Source: a virus. From it: a stretch of DNA of 64,000 bases. The notes under the pieces are model-generated. The model saw only the letters and a program-made list of their open reading frames with translations, ran no database searches and had not been told where the DNA came from. Numbering within the stretch: position 1 is the stretch's first letter; the number at the start of each line of letters is the position of its first letter. The DNA lies in IMG/VR virus record IMGVR_UViG_3300046787_000327, positions 32,001-96,000 of that record; one strand, written 5' to 3'. Position numbers and translations under genes: made by a program. Positions 51,144 to 59,317 of the stretch are shown one piece after another.

Positions 51144-51674
51144 ATGACTTGTATTGCTGTAGTTCGTGATGAATTAAATAATAAGATCTATATGGCTGGT
51201 GATCGTGGTGCTTCAGATAGTAGTACTATTCTATCATTAACTGCCCCAAAAGTTTGGAAACTTGGACCATACTTACTAGGATATGCTGGGTCAATGGACG
51301 GAGAGCGTCTTCGCTATAACTTTAATCCGTATGTGCCAGACATCAAGGACACAGATAAGTTTATGCAAACTAAATTTATTAAACAACTACGCCAATTTTA
51401 TAATGACTGGTGGGTCGATACAAGTAAGGACTCAGATTTTGGACTAATTGTTGCAATTCGTGGTGAGATATACGAGCACAGTTCTGCAGATATGTCTTTA
51501 TCTAAATATACTTTGCCATTCTTAGCAATGGGTTCTGGATCAGATTTTGCTATGGGACACCTTGATGCAACTCAAAAAGTTAAAGATCATCGCAAGCGTG
51601 TTGTTGGAGCAGTAAATTCAGCAATTAAATTTTCTCCAAGTTGTCAAGGTCCAGTTGACGTAGTAAGCATTTAA
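51144..51674 (+). CDS. Ntn-hydrolase protease (proteasome beta/HslV-like)
   Basis: N-terminal Thr after Met (MTCIAV), AGD, PKV, GYAG, AMGSG. Confidence 0.75.
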   Translation: MTCIAVVRDELNNKIYMAGDRGASDSSTILSLTAPKVWKLGPYLLGYAGSMDGERLRYNFNPYVPDIKDTDKFMQTKFIKQLRQFYNDWWVDTSKDSDFGLIVAIRGEIYEHSSADMSLSKYTLPFLAMGSGSDFAMGHLDATQKVKDHRKRVVGAVNSAIKFSPSCQGPVDVVSI

Positions 51675-51689
51675 GGGTATACTTATAAT

Positions 51690-51884
51690 ATGAACGAAGA
51701 GTTATCAATAGAAGAACAAGAGTTTGGTATTTGGATTACCAACGGTATTGAGCGGGGATGGATCACAGAACCGTATTGTGATACTCATGATGGTGGATAC
51801 CAGTACATGAGTGAAGAAGAGATTGAAGAGTGGGACCAAGGTGGCGACCCATGTTGTCATGTCGTAAGACTGATGATTTCGTAA
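51690..51884 (+). CDS. Small acidic Cys/His protein
   Basis: CDTHDG...DPCCH; promoter TTGACG-N17-TATACT, leaderless. Confidence 0.65.
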   Translation: MNEELSIEEQEFGIWITNGIERGWITEPYCDTHDGGYQYMSEEEIEEWDQGGDPCCHVVRLMIS

Positions 51885-51899
51885 TAGAAAAGGAATAAA

Positions 51900-52856
51900 A
51901 TGAAGAAGACTATCCTAGCAGTACTATCAGCAGCAATGTTGTTTTCAGTGGCAAGTCCAGCACAAGCAGAAGATCAGAAAGTTTTAGCGATCATTGATAC
52001 TGCTATTAATTCTGACAACTTCCCATCAGTAATCTATGAGGCATGCTTTACTGCTTCTAAGCCAAGCGGTTGTTCAAATGGCAATCTTTTTATGGAGGGC
52101 AAGGGAGCAGGAAAGTCGCCAGTTCCAGCATCACTTAACAGTACTACCTATCACGGAGACAGTATGGTCAAGGCAGCACTTGCATCAAACCCTAACCTAA
52201 AAATTGTTTTTGTAAGAGTTTCAGATGTTTCTGCTAATGGCAATGGAGCAATTTTTGCTAAGTCTCTTATTTCTGCAATTGAGTGGGTATCAAATAATGC
52301 TGATAAGCATAGCATTGATGCGGTCTCTATTAGTCTGTCTGGTGTAAGTAACTCTGTGGATGTAGCAAATGCATCAGTTAAGGCAACTGCATTTTCACCT
52401 AATTGCACCAATACCAATGTTATTAATGCTGTTTCATCACTATCATCAAAGAATGTACCAACCTTCGCTGCAACAGGCAACAACGGGTCTAAGACTGTTA
52501 TTGGTTTCCCAGCATGTATTCCAGGTGTAATTGGAGTCGGTGCACTATCAAATCAAACAGATGGAGCAGACAAGTTAGGTGAGACAGCAACCAATAGAGG
52601 CCCAGGTCTAGATGTTGTTTCTAACGGCGCAATTAATATCACAAAGTATAATGGTTCACCTATGACCCTTAGTGGTTCATCAGGAGCAAATGTTGTTACG
52701 GCATCTACATACCTTAACAAGAATACATATGCTACTTTTGCTGAGTATGTAGAAAAACTCTCAAAGGTGTCAGTTAAGTTCCTTGACTACAAGGATCCAA
52801 AGACGAATGCATTTGTTTGGGAGCCAGTACGCCTTCTACCAATTAGTTCTAACTAA
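51900..52856 (+). CDS. Secreted subtilisin-like (S8) protease
   Basis: Signal peptide ending AQA; IIDTA, HG, AATGN, SGSSGA. Confidence 0.8.
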   Translation: MKKTILAVLSAAMLFSVASPAQAEDQKVLAIIDTAINSDNFPSVIYEACFTASKPSGCSNGNLFMEGKGAGKSPVPASLNSTTYHGDSMVKAALASNPNLKIVFVRVSDVSANGNGAIFAKSLISAIEWVSNNADKHSIDAVSISLSGVSNSVDVANASVKATAFSPNCTNTNVINAVSSLSSKNVPTFAATGNNGSKTVIGFPACIPGVIGVGALSNQTDGADKLGETATNRGPGLDVVSNGAINITKYNGSPMTLSGSSGANVVTASTYLNKNTYATFAEYVEKLSKVSVKFLDYKDPKTNAFVWEPVRLLPISSN

Positions 52857-52861
52857 TAAAA

Positions 52862-52888
52862 AGTCCTGGGCATGACTATAAACTGCCT
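52862..52888 (+). other. Small H-type pseudoknot motif, copy 1
   Basis: AGTC-ctGGGCAt-GACT-ataaac-TGCCT; near-identical copy at 60563-60588. Confidence 0.55.
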
Positions 52889-53444
52889 ACTTTAATCTTA
52901 AGAATGTTGTCATTGAATACCTTGTTCCATCGTATACTTCCTTGACTCCATGGCGATACGCTTCATGTGCAGGGTGCAAAACTAAACTGTAGGCTTCTGG
53001 CTTAAACTCTAAGCCGATGTTAGGATAGAATATTTCTCCACCTTGGTAGTCACCATTCAAGTAAAGAACAACTCCGTATTTGAACTTGGGGCCAAGACCA
53101 GAATCACTATGTGTTTTCATTAGTTGTCCTTTAGATGCCCTGTAAATGCCACTGAACCCAGTGTATTCATAGATATCTTTGTTAAGTATTTTATTAATTT
53201 CTTTTTGAATTTTAACAAATAGATCATTAACAAGTTTTTGTTTTTCTGTATCAAATCCTTCACACTGATCCAAAAGAAGGATTCTATCTTCCCACTCATT
53301 GTGTTCATCTCTATCTGTATTATTATACTTTGCCCACTCTTCTCTAGTAGCACTTTTTGCTAGACCTGCCAAAGATAAGGCATCGTTAGGTGTTATAAAA
53401 TTTTTTATTACAAAAATGTTAGGATCAGGATTTGTTATTATCAT
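52887..53444 (-). CDS. 2OG-Fe(II) oxygenase (prolyl-4-hydroxylase-like)
   Basis: HSD, VLYLN...GGEI, HGV...GTRY; start reassigned to ATG 53444, 6 nt after minus-strand TATACT. Confidence 0.85.
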   Translation of the reverse strand: MIITNPDPNIFVIKNFITPNDALSLAGLAKSATREEWAKYNNTDRDEHNEWEDRILLLDQCEGFDTEKQKLVNDLFVKIQKEINKILNKDIYEYTGFSGIYRASKGQLMKTHSDSGLGPKFKYGVVLYLNGDYQGGEIFYPNIGLEFKPEAYSLVLHPAHEAYRHGVKEVYDGTRYSMTTFLRLK

Positions 53445-53473
53445 ACATATAGTATACACTGCCAAGTCACTAG

Positions 53474-53502
53474 TTGACAGGTATTATGCCATATGCTATA
53501 AT
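53474..53502 (+). promoter_or_regulatory. Consensus promoter for endolysin operon
   Basis: TTGACA-N17-TATAAT with TG extension. Confidence 0.75.
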
Positions 53503-53530
53503 TAACTAGAACTCAAAGGAGGCCATAACC

Positions 53531-54310
53531 ATGGCGGTAAAAGGATCAGTAGAAGCAATCATTGAGGTTGCCAAGAAAGAAGTTGGAACCATTGAAGGTC
53601 CAAAAGATAATGAAACTAAGTACGGAGCATGGATGAAGGTTAACTTCCAGCCATGGTGCCAGTCCTTTGTTTCTTGGTGTGCATCACAGGCTGGTGTAGC
53701 AAAGTTTCCAAAGTCTGCTTCAACAGTAGCAGCATCAGATCAGTTTAAGAAGGAGGGTCGTTGGGCAGATGCTCGTAATGACGATCCAACTCCAGGAGAC
53801 TGGATTTATTTTGATTTCCCAGATGATGGTGTAAATCGTATTTCACACGTAGGTCTTTGCATCAAGAACAATGGTGATGGCACTATTCAAGTTATTGAAG
53901 GAAACACTTCAGGAACTGCTAAGGGAGACCAGCGAAATGGCGGAATGTGTGTAGAGAAGACTCGTGCATATGTAAAGAACAAGAAGGGCATTCTTAATGC
54001 TGTTGTAGGTTGGGGTCGTCCAGTCTATGCAGGAGAAGAAAATGCTCCGTTGCTTTCTAAGGCTACAACTGTTGCAGAAGCAAAGCCTGCATCAAAGACA
54101 GTAGCAAAGAAGTCTGCTGCATTTAAGCCACTTAAGAATGGCTCTAAGGGCACTGGTGTAAAGACTATTCAGACACTTCTTGGCATTAAGGCTGATGGAT
54201 CATTTGGTCCAGGCACTGCAAAGGCTGTTCAAGACTTCCAAAAGAAGGCGGGACTGCCAACAACAGGTATTGTTGATCAGGCTACGCTAAAGGCATTGAA
54301 GGCAAAGTAA
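53531..54310 (+). CDS. Endolysin: CHAP domain + peptidoglycan-binding domain
   Basis: PWCQSFVSW, SHVG, IEGNT; LKNGSKG...IQTLL...DGSFGPGTAKAVQDFQ. Confidence 0.88.
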   Translation: MAVKGSVEAIIEVAKKEVGTIEGPKDNETKYGAWMKVNFQPWCQSFVSWCASQAGVAKFPKSASTVAASDQFKKEGRWADARNDDPTPGDWIYFDFPDDGVNRISHVGLCIKNNGDGTIQVIEGNTSGTAKGDQRNGGMCVEKTRAYVKNKKGILNAVVGWGRPVYAGEENAPLLSKATTVAEAKPASKTVAKKSAAFKPLKNGSKGTGVKTIQTLLGIKADGSFGPGTAKAVQDFQKKAGLPTTGIVDQATLKALKAK

Positions 54311-54510
54311 TGGAATCAACTAAGAGAACATTATTAAAGACAGCAAGTTGGGAAACTTTTCACCTTGTTGGTGTTGCTGGAGTAATTTATTTGTTTACTG
54401 GTGAATGGGAGTATGCAAGTCTTGGTGCTCTTTTGTATATTGGCTGGGAAGCAATCGGATACTTTCTTCATGAAAGAGTCTGGGCAAAGTTTGGGCATAA
54501 GGTGAAGTAA
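54310..54510 (+). CDS. DUF2061-like membrane protein
   Basis: ESTKRTLLKTASW...YFLHERVW. Confidence 0.75.
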   Translation: MESTKRTLLKTASWETFHLVGVAGVIYLFTGEWEYASLGALLYIGWEAIGYFLHERVWAKFGHKVK

Positions 54511-55349
54511 TGATTGATATCAGCCCAGTAGATTTTATATCTATACCAGAGATCAAAGATAACCCTGACAAATACAAGGAAATCTACTTTAGAGATAAGA
54601 TTATTGTATTTCGCAATGCTAATCTAAATGAAGAGCAGCAGTCAGAATTGATGATCTTTTTTGGTGATCTATTGGGCTGGTACCCAAACTCAGAAAAGCC
54701 TACGATACTTAATTATAAGGAAGACCACCATAGACAAATGGTCAATGGAATTGATATTCCTAAAGATCAACTTATGTTGTCTTGGCATGTAGAGCATGTT
54801 GAAAACGAAGAAGATCCTCACTGTGGGGCAACCTGGAGAATGGAAAAGTTTGAATGCGATGAAGACTCTGGTCATACATATTTTGTTGATATGACAAATA
54901 TGTATAATCTTTTACAAAAAGATGAGCAAGACTTTCTATCAAAGTGTGAGGTAAGAGTTGAGACTACTGTTCGTAGAGATGAAAATGAAGAAGTAAAAGA
55001 GTTTGAGATCATAAGAAACTTTAACTGTATTAGTCTTCATCCAGTAACTGGAGAAAAAACTGTGCGATTGTCATTATTTTCAGAGCACGGACTACTAAAT
55101 AGTTTAAACAAGTTTGATGGTCGTGATCCTAGCAAAGAAGAAAATGATAAGTTTGTTAGAATTTATAAATGGATCATTGACCAGGTTTGGTACAACGAAG
55201 ATATTCGCATGGTGTTACGATGGAAGCAAGGAGATCTTGCTGTACCAGACTTATACAAACTTGCACACTCAGTAAGTGGTGGTTTTACAAAAAATCAGAG
55301 GACGCTGCGTGGGCAATTTGGAAAATTAAAGCCTTGGAGAGGAGAATAA
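54510..55349 (+). CDS. TauD/TfdA-family dioxygenase
   Basis: IIVFRN, WHVE, GHTYFVD, HPVTGEK, WKQGDLAV.D...H...R. Confidence 0.8.
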   Translation: MIDISPVDFISIPEIKDNPDKYKEIYFRDKIIVFRNANLNEEQQSELMIFFGDLLGWYPNSEKPTILNYKEDHHRQMVNGIDIPKDQLMLSWHVEHVENEEDPHCGATWRMEKFECDEDSGHTYFVDMTNMYNLLQKDEQDFLSKCEVRVETTVRRDENEEVKEFEIIRNFNCISLHPVTGEKTVRLSLFSEHGLLNSLNKFDGRDPSKEENDKFVRIYKWIIDQVWYNEDIRMVLRWKQGDLAVPDLYKLAHSVSGGFTKNQRTLRGQFGKLKPWRGE

Positions 55350-55350
55350 G

Positions 55351-55461
55351 ATGCGTATTAAAATTATTAAATTAGTTATAAATTTTTTAGGTTATGAAAT
55401 GGGGAGACAATTTCCTAACTCACCAGTATGGATGATTAAAGAAAAGAAAAAGGTTAAGTAA
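55351..55461 (+). CDS. Small basic protein (36 aa, not in ORF track)
   Basis: SD GGAGAGGAG; fills the gap between neighbours. Confidence 0.45.
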   Translation: MRIKIIKLVINFLGYEMGRQFPNSPVWMIKEKKKVK

Positions 55462-55462
55462 T

Positions 55463-55651
55463 ATGGCATTATATGAATACAAGTGTACTGGTTCTTGCGA
55501 GGGTATTATCCCAATCAAAAGGCCTATGGCAGATGATGATCCAGGGTATAACTGTGAGACTTGCAATCTACCTCTAACTCGTGTATACTCAGATGTAGGA
55601 GCAGTTTTCACTGGGAGTGGCTTTTATAGCACCGATAATAGAAAGAAGTAG
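55463..55651 (+). CDS. FmdB-family zinc-ribbon protein
   Basis: YEYKC...C...CETC...FTGSGFYSTD. Confidence 0.8.
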   Translation: MALYEYKCTGSCEGIIPIKRPMADDDPGYNCETCNLPLTRVYSDVGAVFTGSGFYSTDNRKK

Positions 55652-55659
55652 AGTATACT

Positions 55660-55926
55660 ATGAGTACAATGACCAATACAGTAAAAGTTGTAGATGCAGC
55701 AGAGTACCGACTAGGAGCACAAGACCGCTGTGACGCAGCGTGTTCAGCAGAGGCTTTGGTTCAAGTTACTGGTCTTGATGGAGACCTAATGTTCTGTGGA
55801 CACCACTACAACAAGATCATGTCTATTCCAGATGCTAAGAATAATATGATGAAGTTTGCCATTACAATTCGTGATGAGCGTGATAAGTTAATTGAAAACA
55901 AGTTAAAGGATGAAAACTATGTATGA
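55660..55926 (+). CDS. Hypothetical Cys/His protein (start may be 55669)
   Basis: DRCDAAC...LMFCGHH. Confidence 0.6.
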   Translation: MSTMTNTVKVVDAAEYRLGAQDRCDAACSAEALVQVTGLDGDLMFCGHHYNKIMSIPDAKNNMMKFAITIRDERDKLIENKLKDENYV

Positions 55927-56326
55927 GTATTATGTTAGAAAAGTAGAGAATGTTGTTGATGGAGATACCATCGATGTTCTTATTGATTTAGGGTTTGATA
56001 TCCTCTTTGCATCTCGTGTAAGATTGGCTGGTATTGATACCCCTGAGTCTCGCACAAAGGATCTTGCTGAGAAGGCTCTTGGTCTAGAAGCAAAAGATTA
56101 CCTAAAGAAGGCTCTTAAGGATGCAAAGTCTGTTGTCATTAAGACTGAGAAGATGGACTCATCTGAGAAGTATGGTCGCATTTTGGGCTGGGTATATATT
56201 AATGGAGATACAGTATCTCTCAATGACATGATGATCAATGATGGTTATGCATGGGGATATCTAGGCGATACCAAGGTTAAGGACTTCGATGCACTTGCAA
56301 AGGCTAGAAAGAAGTCTGGCAAATGA
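55919..56326 (+). CDS. Thermonuclease (SNase-like)
   Basis: VVDGDTID, VRLAGIDTPE, KYGRILG, GYA. Confidence 0.88.
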   Translation: MYEYYVRKVENVVDGDTIDVLIDLGFDILFASRVRLAGIDTPESRTKDLAEKALGLEAKDYLKKALKDAKSVVIKTEKMDSSEKYGRILGWVYINGDTVSLNDMMINDGYAWGYLGDTKVKDFDALAKARKKSGK

Positions 56327-56574
56327 GTCATGTCCTATACTTTACTGCTGAGTGGTGTAACCCATGTCAGCGAACAAGGCCTGTTGCAGAAGAGTTGAAG
56401 AGAGATGGAGTCATCGACTTCATGTTTATTGATGCTGACACAGAAGTAGAACTTCTTACAAAGTTTGGGGTTAAGTCAATCCCAACATACATTCTTCTTG
56501 AAGATGGAAGAGAAGTTAAACGCATGAATGGTGCAAAAACAAAACAAGATTTCTTAGACTTTATTGGAGAATAA
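56323..56574 (+). CDS. Thioredoxin
   Basis: FTAEWCNPC; SIPT. Confidence 0.88.
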   Translation: MSHVLYFTAEWCNPCQRTRPVAEELKRDGVIDFMFIDADTEVELLTKFGVKSIPTYILLEDGREVKRMNGAKTKQDFLDFIGE

Positions 56575-56795
56575 TGAATCCAAAATCAGATGCCATGATT
56601 GAGCATCTAATTAATCAGGGTGCAGTGGAAATATTTGATATTGATCACGACGGCCATATGCTATACAAGATAACAGATAGACTTAAAGAAGTAAGTCCAG
56701 AAATGTATGAAAACTTACGAGATCAATATGAAGATCATCTGTTTAGGCTTGTAGAGCAGGGACCTACGACTATGACTTGGAGACTTAATGGATGA
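56574..56795 (+). CDS. Hypothetical protein, paralog of next gene
   Basis: LINQGAVE...MLYKITDRLKEVSPE. Confidence 0.6.
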   Translation: MNPKSDAMIEHLINQGAVEIFDIDHDGHMLYKITDRLKEVSPEMYENLRDQYEDHLFRLVEQGPTTMTWRLNG

Positions 56796-57120
56796 CGATC
56801 AGATAATCGAAGATCTTATTCTTAGTGGTGCATTAGAGTTTGCTGGATTAGATATTGATTCTGGTGAGATGCTGTATAACTTTACCGAAAAGTTAAAGGA
56901 TATTAATCCAGAATTGCACAATGAATTCTCCACATATTTCTATTCAGAGGTTTCAGAACTATGGGCCTCTGGATTTTTGGATATGTACTTTACAGAAGAT
57001 AATCCAAAGGTTACTCTTACTGCAAAAGCACTCGATCCAGATGAGGTTGCAAAGTTAGATAAAGAAAAGCAGTACACACTGAAAGAAATAGTACGAATAA
57101 TTATGAAAGATGGAAAGTAG
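56788..57120 (+). CDS. Hypothetical protein
   Basis: LILSGALE...MLYNFTEKLKDINPE. Confidence 0.65.
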   Translation: MDDDQIIEDLILSGALEFAGLDIDSGEMLYNFTEKLKDINPELHNEFSTYFYSEVSELWASGFLDMYFTEDNPKVTLTAKALDPDEVAKLDKEKQYTLKEIVRIIMKDGK

Positions 57121-57128
57121 GAGGCGTA

Positions 57129-57554
57129 ATGGAATTCTTATTGGGGTCAGTTGTAACCACAATAATCCTTTATGCTGCCATGAAGTATTTTGAAAAACTA
57201 TACCTTGTTGTAACAAAAGATAATAAGTATAAGTTTAATCAAAGTTCCTTGCATGAACTGGTTAAACCATTACTTCCAGAAGATCTTTTTATTCCAGAAA
57301 GAAAAATAACACAGTCATTTTTGCATGAACAAAAAACAAACATGCGTGTTATTATTTTGGATGGATTTGCTTATTGGATTAAAGACAATACATTTTATAG
57401 GTCTGAGATGGATGGCTTTGATATTAGAAAAGACTCAGCAGAAGTAGTTGACATAATGGGTTTGAATAAGGTACAATTAGATAAGATGATTTTTATTATA
57501 GATAAACTAAGGGAAGGATTACCCAATGATAGTTGGAGTACAGGGAACGAGTAA
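57129..57554 (+). CDS. N-terminally membrane-anchored hypothetical protein
   Basis: Hydrophobic N-terminus; SD AGGAGG. Confidence 0.6.
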   Translation: MEFLLGSVVTTIILYAAMKYFEKLYLVVTKDNKYKFNQSSLHELVKPLLPEDLFIPERKITQSFLHEQKTNMRVIILDGFAYWIKDNTFYRSEMDGFDIRKDSAEVVDIMGLNKVQLDKMIFIIDKLREGLPNDSWSTGNE

Positions 57555-57876
57555 TTTTTCCGACTACAAAGTTTTTCTTCGTAGCATGGCAGTTGCAATG
57601 TCAATGCTTACTGAAGAAGATTTAGAGTTTGAGATCTATTCTGCAGGTCCAGGAAATATCAATGATATGGTTTCTGAGTTTACAAACCTATCAGAGCGAG
57701 GACTAAAGGCTCGTGGAAAGAAGATTAAGTTTCACAAAGTTGCTCCAACATGGATCAGCGATAACATCAAGTCATTTAGATATATCGTTTACTTGGCAAC
57801 ACCAAGTGAGCAATCGTCTAAATTAGTTCTAGAAGCACAAGACAACAATGTCGAAGTGGGAATTTTCAAATACTAA
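57526..57876 (+). CDS. Hypothetical protein, possibly SLOG/YspA-like
   Basis: MIVGVQGT..FSDY resembles YspA-like N-termini. Confidence 0.45.
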   Translation: MIVGVQGTSNFSDYKVFLRSMAVAMSMLTEEDLEFEIYSAGPGNINDMVSEFTNLSERGLKARGKKIKFHKVAPTWISDNIKSFRYIVYLATPSEQSSKLVLEAQDNNVEVGIFKY

Positions 57877-57886
57877 GGAGTATGAA

Positions 57887-58096
57887 ATGGTAGTAACAAC
57901 ACTTGAAAAGATGGAAGAGATTGTTTCAAACAACAAGGCTCTCAGTTGGAATGGCTGGACTGTAGTCCACTCATTTGTTTCAGACAAGGCACGAACATCA
58001 AAGTTTGGCGCACTCGTTGACGGTAAGTGGCAGATGCAAAAGGAATTCGTTCCAACAAACACTGGGTGGGAGATCCCAGACAAGTTTGTGAGGTAG
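57887..58096 (+). CDS. Hypothetical protein
   Basis: Start reassigned after SD AAGGAG. Confidence 0.6.
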   Translation: MVVTTLEKMEEIVSNNKALSWNGWTVVHSFVSDKARTSKFGALVDGKWQMQKEFVPTNTGWEIPDKFVR

Positions 58097-58099
58097 CCA

Positions 58100-58381
58100 A
58101 TGAAGCACGATTGGAAAGACCAGGCTTTGTGTTTAGATTATGACACAAATCTGTTCTTTGATAAGTATGAAGAAGATGAGTTACTAAGACCAGCAATTGA
58201 TAAGTTCTGCTCTGGATGTCCAGTAGCAAAGACTTGTTTTGCAGTTGGTGTATCTCAAAAAGAGTGGGGAATTTGGGGAGGAGTCTACCTAGAAGGTGGC
58301 GGTATCTCTAAAGAATTTAGTAAGCATAAGTCAAAGGCTGACTGGGCAACAACCTGGCAGTATCTGACTATGGAGGTTTAG
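58100..58381 (+). CDS. whiB: WhiB-family Fe-S transcription factor
   Basis: W...ALC...FF...CSGCPV...C...GIWGG. Confidence 0.9.
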   Translation: MKHDWKDQALCLDYDTNLFFDKYEEDELLRPAIDKFCSGCPVAKTCFAVGVSQKEWGIWGGVYLEGGGISKEFSKHKSKADWATTWQYLTMEV

Positions 58382-58382
58382 T

Positions 58383-58592
58383 ATGTGGTCATGGATATTA
58401 GCAGCAGTTGGGGTAACTGGAATCTTCCTAGTTGGTCGTAAGACTATCTGGGGATGGCTAATCCTATTGCTCAATGAATGTATCTGGATTGCATATGCTC
58501 TTGCGACTAAGCAATATGGCTTTATTGCAATGGCTACCGCATATTCTGCGGTATATATTAAATCTTTTATTCATTGGAAGAGAGACGAATAG
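58383..58592 (+). CDS. Small multi-TM protein (PnuC-like half)
   Basis: Three hydrophobic helices; GRKTIWGW. Confidence 0.55.
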   Translation: MWSWILAAVGVTGIFLVGRKTIWGWLILLLNECIWIAYALATKQYGFIAMATAYSAVYIKSFIHWKRDE

Positions 58593-58831
58593 TGTATACA
58601 GAACAGAATAGAAGAGCATTTAGGGCTGTTGCACACTTTGCTCCACCTGGTTTTACTGTACAGATAGTTGATAACGATCACTTTTTGACAGTAAAGGCAA
58701 GTGAAAGAAGTTTTATGTCTCTGACTGGTGAGGATAAAATCCGAGCAGTTGAATATATGGTTAGAGTAAAGCAAGCGTTAGAAGATACTGGTGCAATTGT
58801 GTTACTAGTTCGTGAAGGTGGAGAAGAATAA
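58592..58831 (+). CDS. Hypothetical protein
   Basis: GTG start coupled to upstream TAG. Confidence 0.6.
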   Translation: MYTEQNRRAFRAVAHFAPPGFTVQIVDNDHFLTVKASERSFMSLTGEDKIRAVEYMVRVKQALEDTGAIVLLVREGGEE

Positions 58832-58917
58832 TATGGAAAATAGTACTGAGACTACATTCGACGATGAGTTTCCTCGTGATGGTGCCACTATCAAGGATAT
58901 AAGATTGGAGATGACAG

Positions 58918-59316
58918 ATGATACTAACTATAACCTTAAGCGTACTGCTTAGTTTTTTTGTACTGCTATCTGCAGTAATGGGGTTTAGGCTTGTTACTCT
59001 ACGTAATGATCTTGTAGAGTTTGAACTTCGTGCTGCACTTCTTGAGCAGGGTGTGAAGAAGGCCTTAGAGAATGCCCCTGCTATTGAAAATAGCGAAGGG
59101 TTTTTAAGGTTTGTTTCCGAGTCTCGTGACTGGGCATTTCAATATATTGAAGAGGTCCAGGCTGTATTGCAGGAGTTTGCAGAAGATATTGAGCCAGAGA
59201 TAGCATATTTCAAGGAGTATGGAGATATTTCTTCTATGTCGCCCAACTACTACTCTATGAAAAAGATTGCAGCATCCTACGATAAACTAAAAGAAGTGTT
59301 GCCAAAGGAGAAGTAG
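58918..59316 (+). CDS. Membrane-anchored hypothetical protein
   Basis: N-terminal TM; helical body. Confidence 0.6.
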   Translation: MILTITLSVLLSFFVLLSAVMGFRLVTLRNDLVEFELRAALLEQGVKKALENAPAIENSEGFLRFVSESRDWAFQYIEEVQAVLQEFAEDIEPEIAYFKEYGDISSMSPNYYSMKKIAASYDKLKEVLPKEK

Positions 59317-59317
59317 C

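Noticed and set aside
58833-58952. 39-aa ORF MENSTETTFDDEF...
   Set aside because: Possible gene, but it overlaps the next ORF and has no recognisable motif; insufficient support
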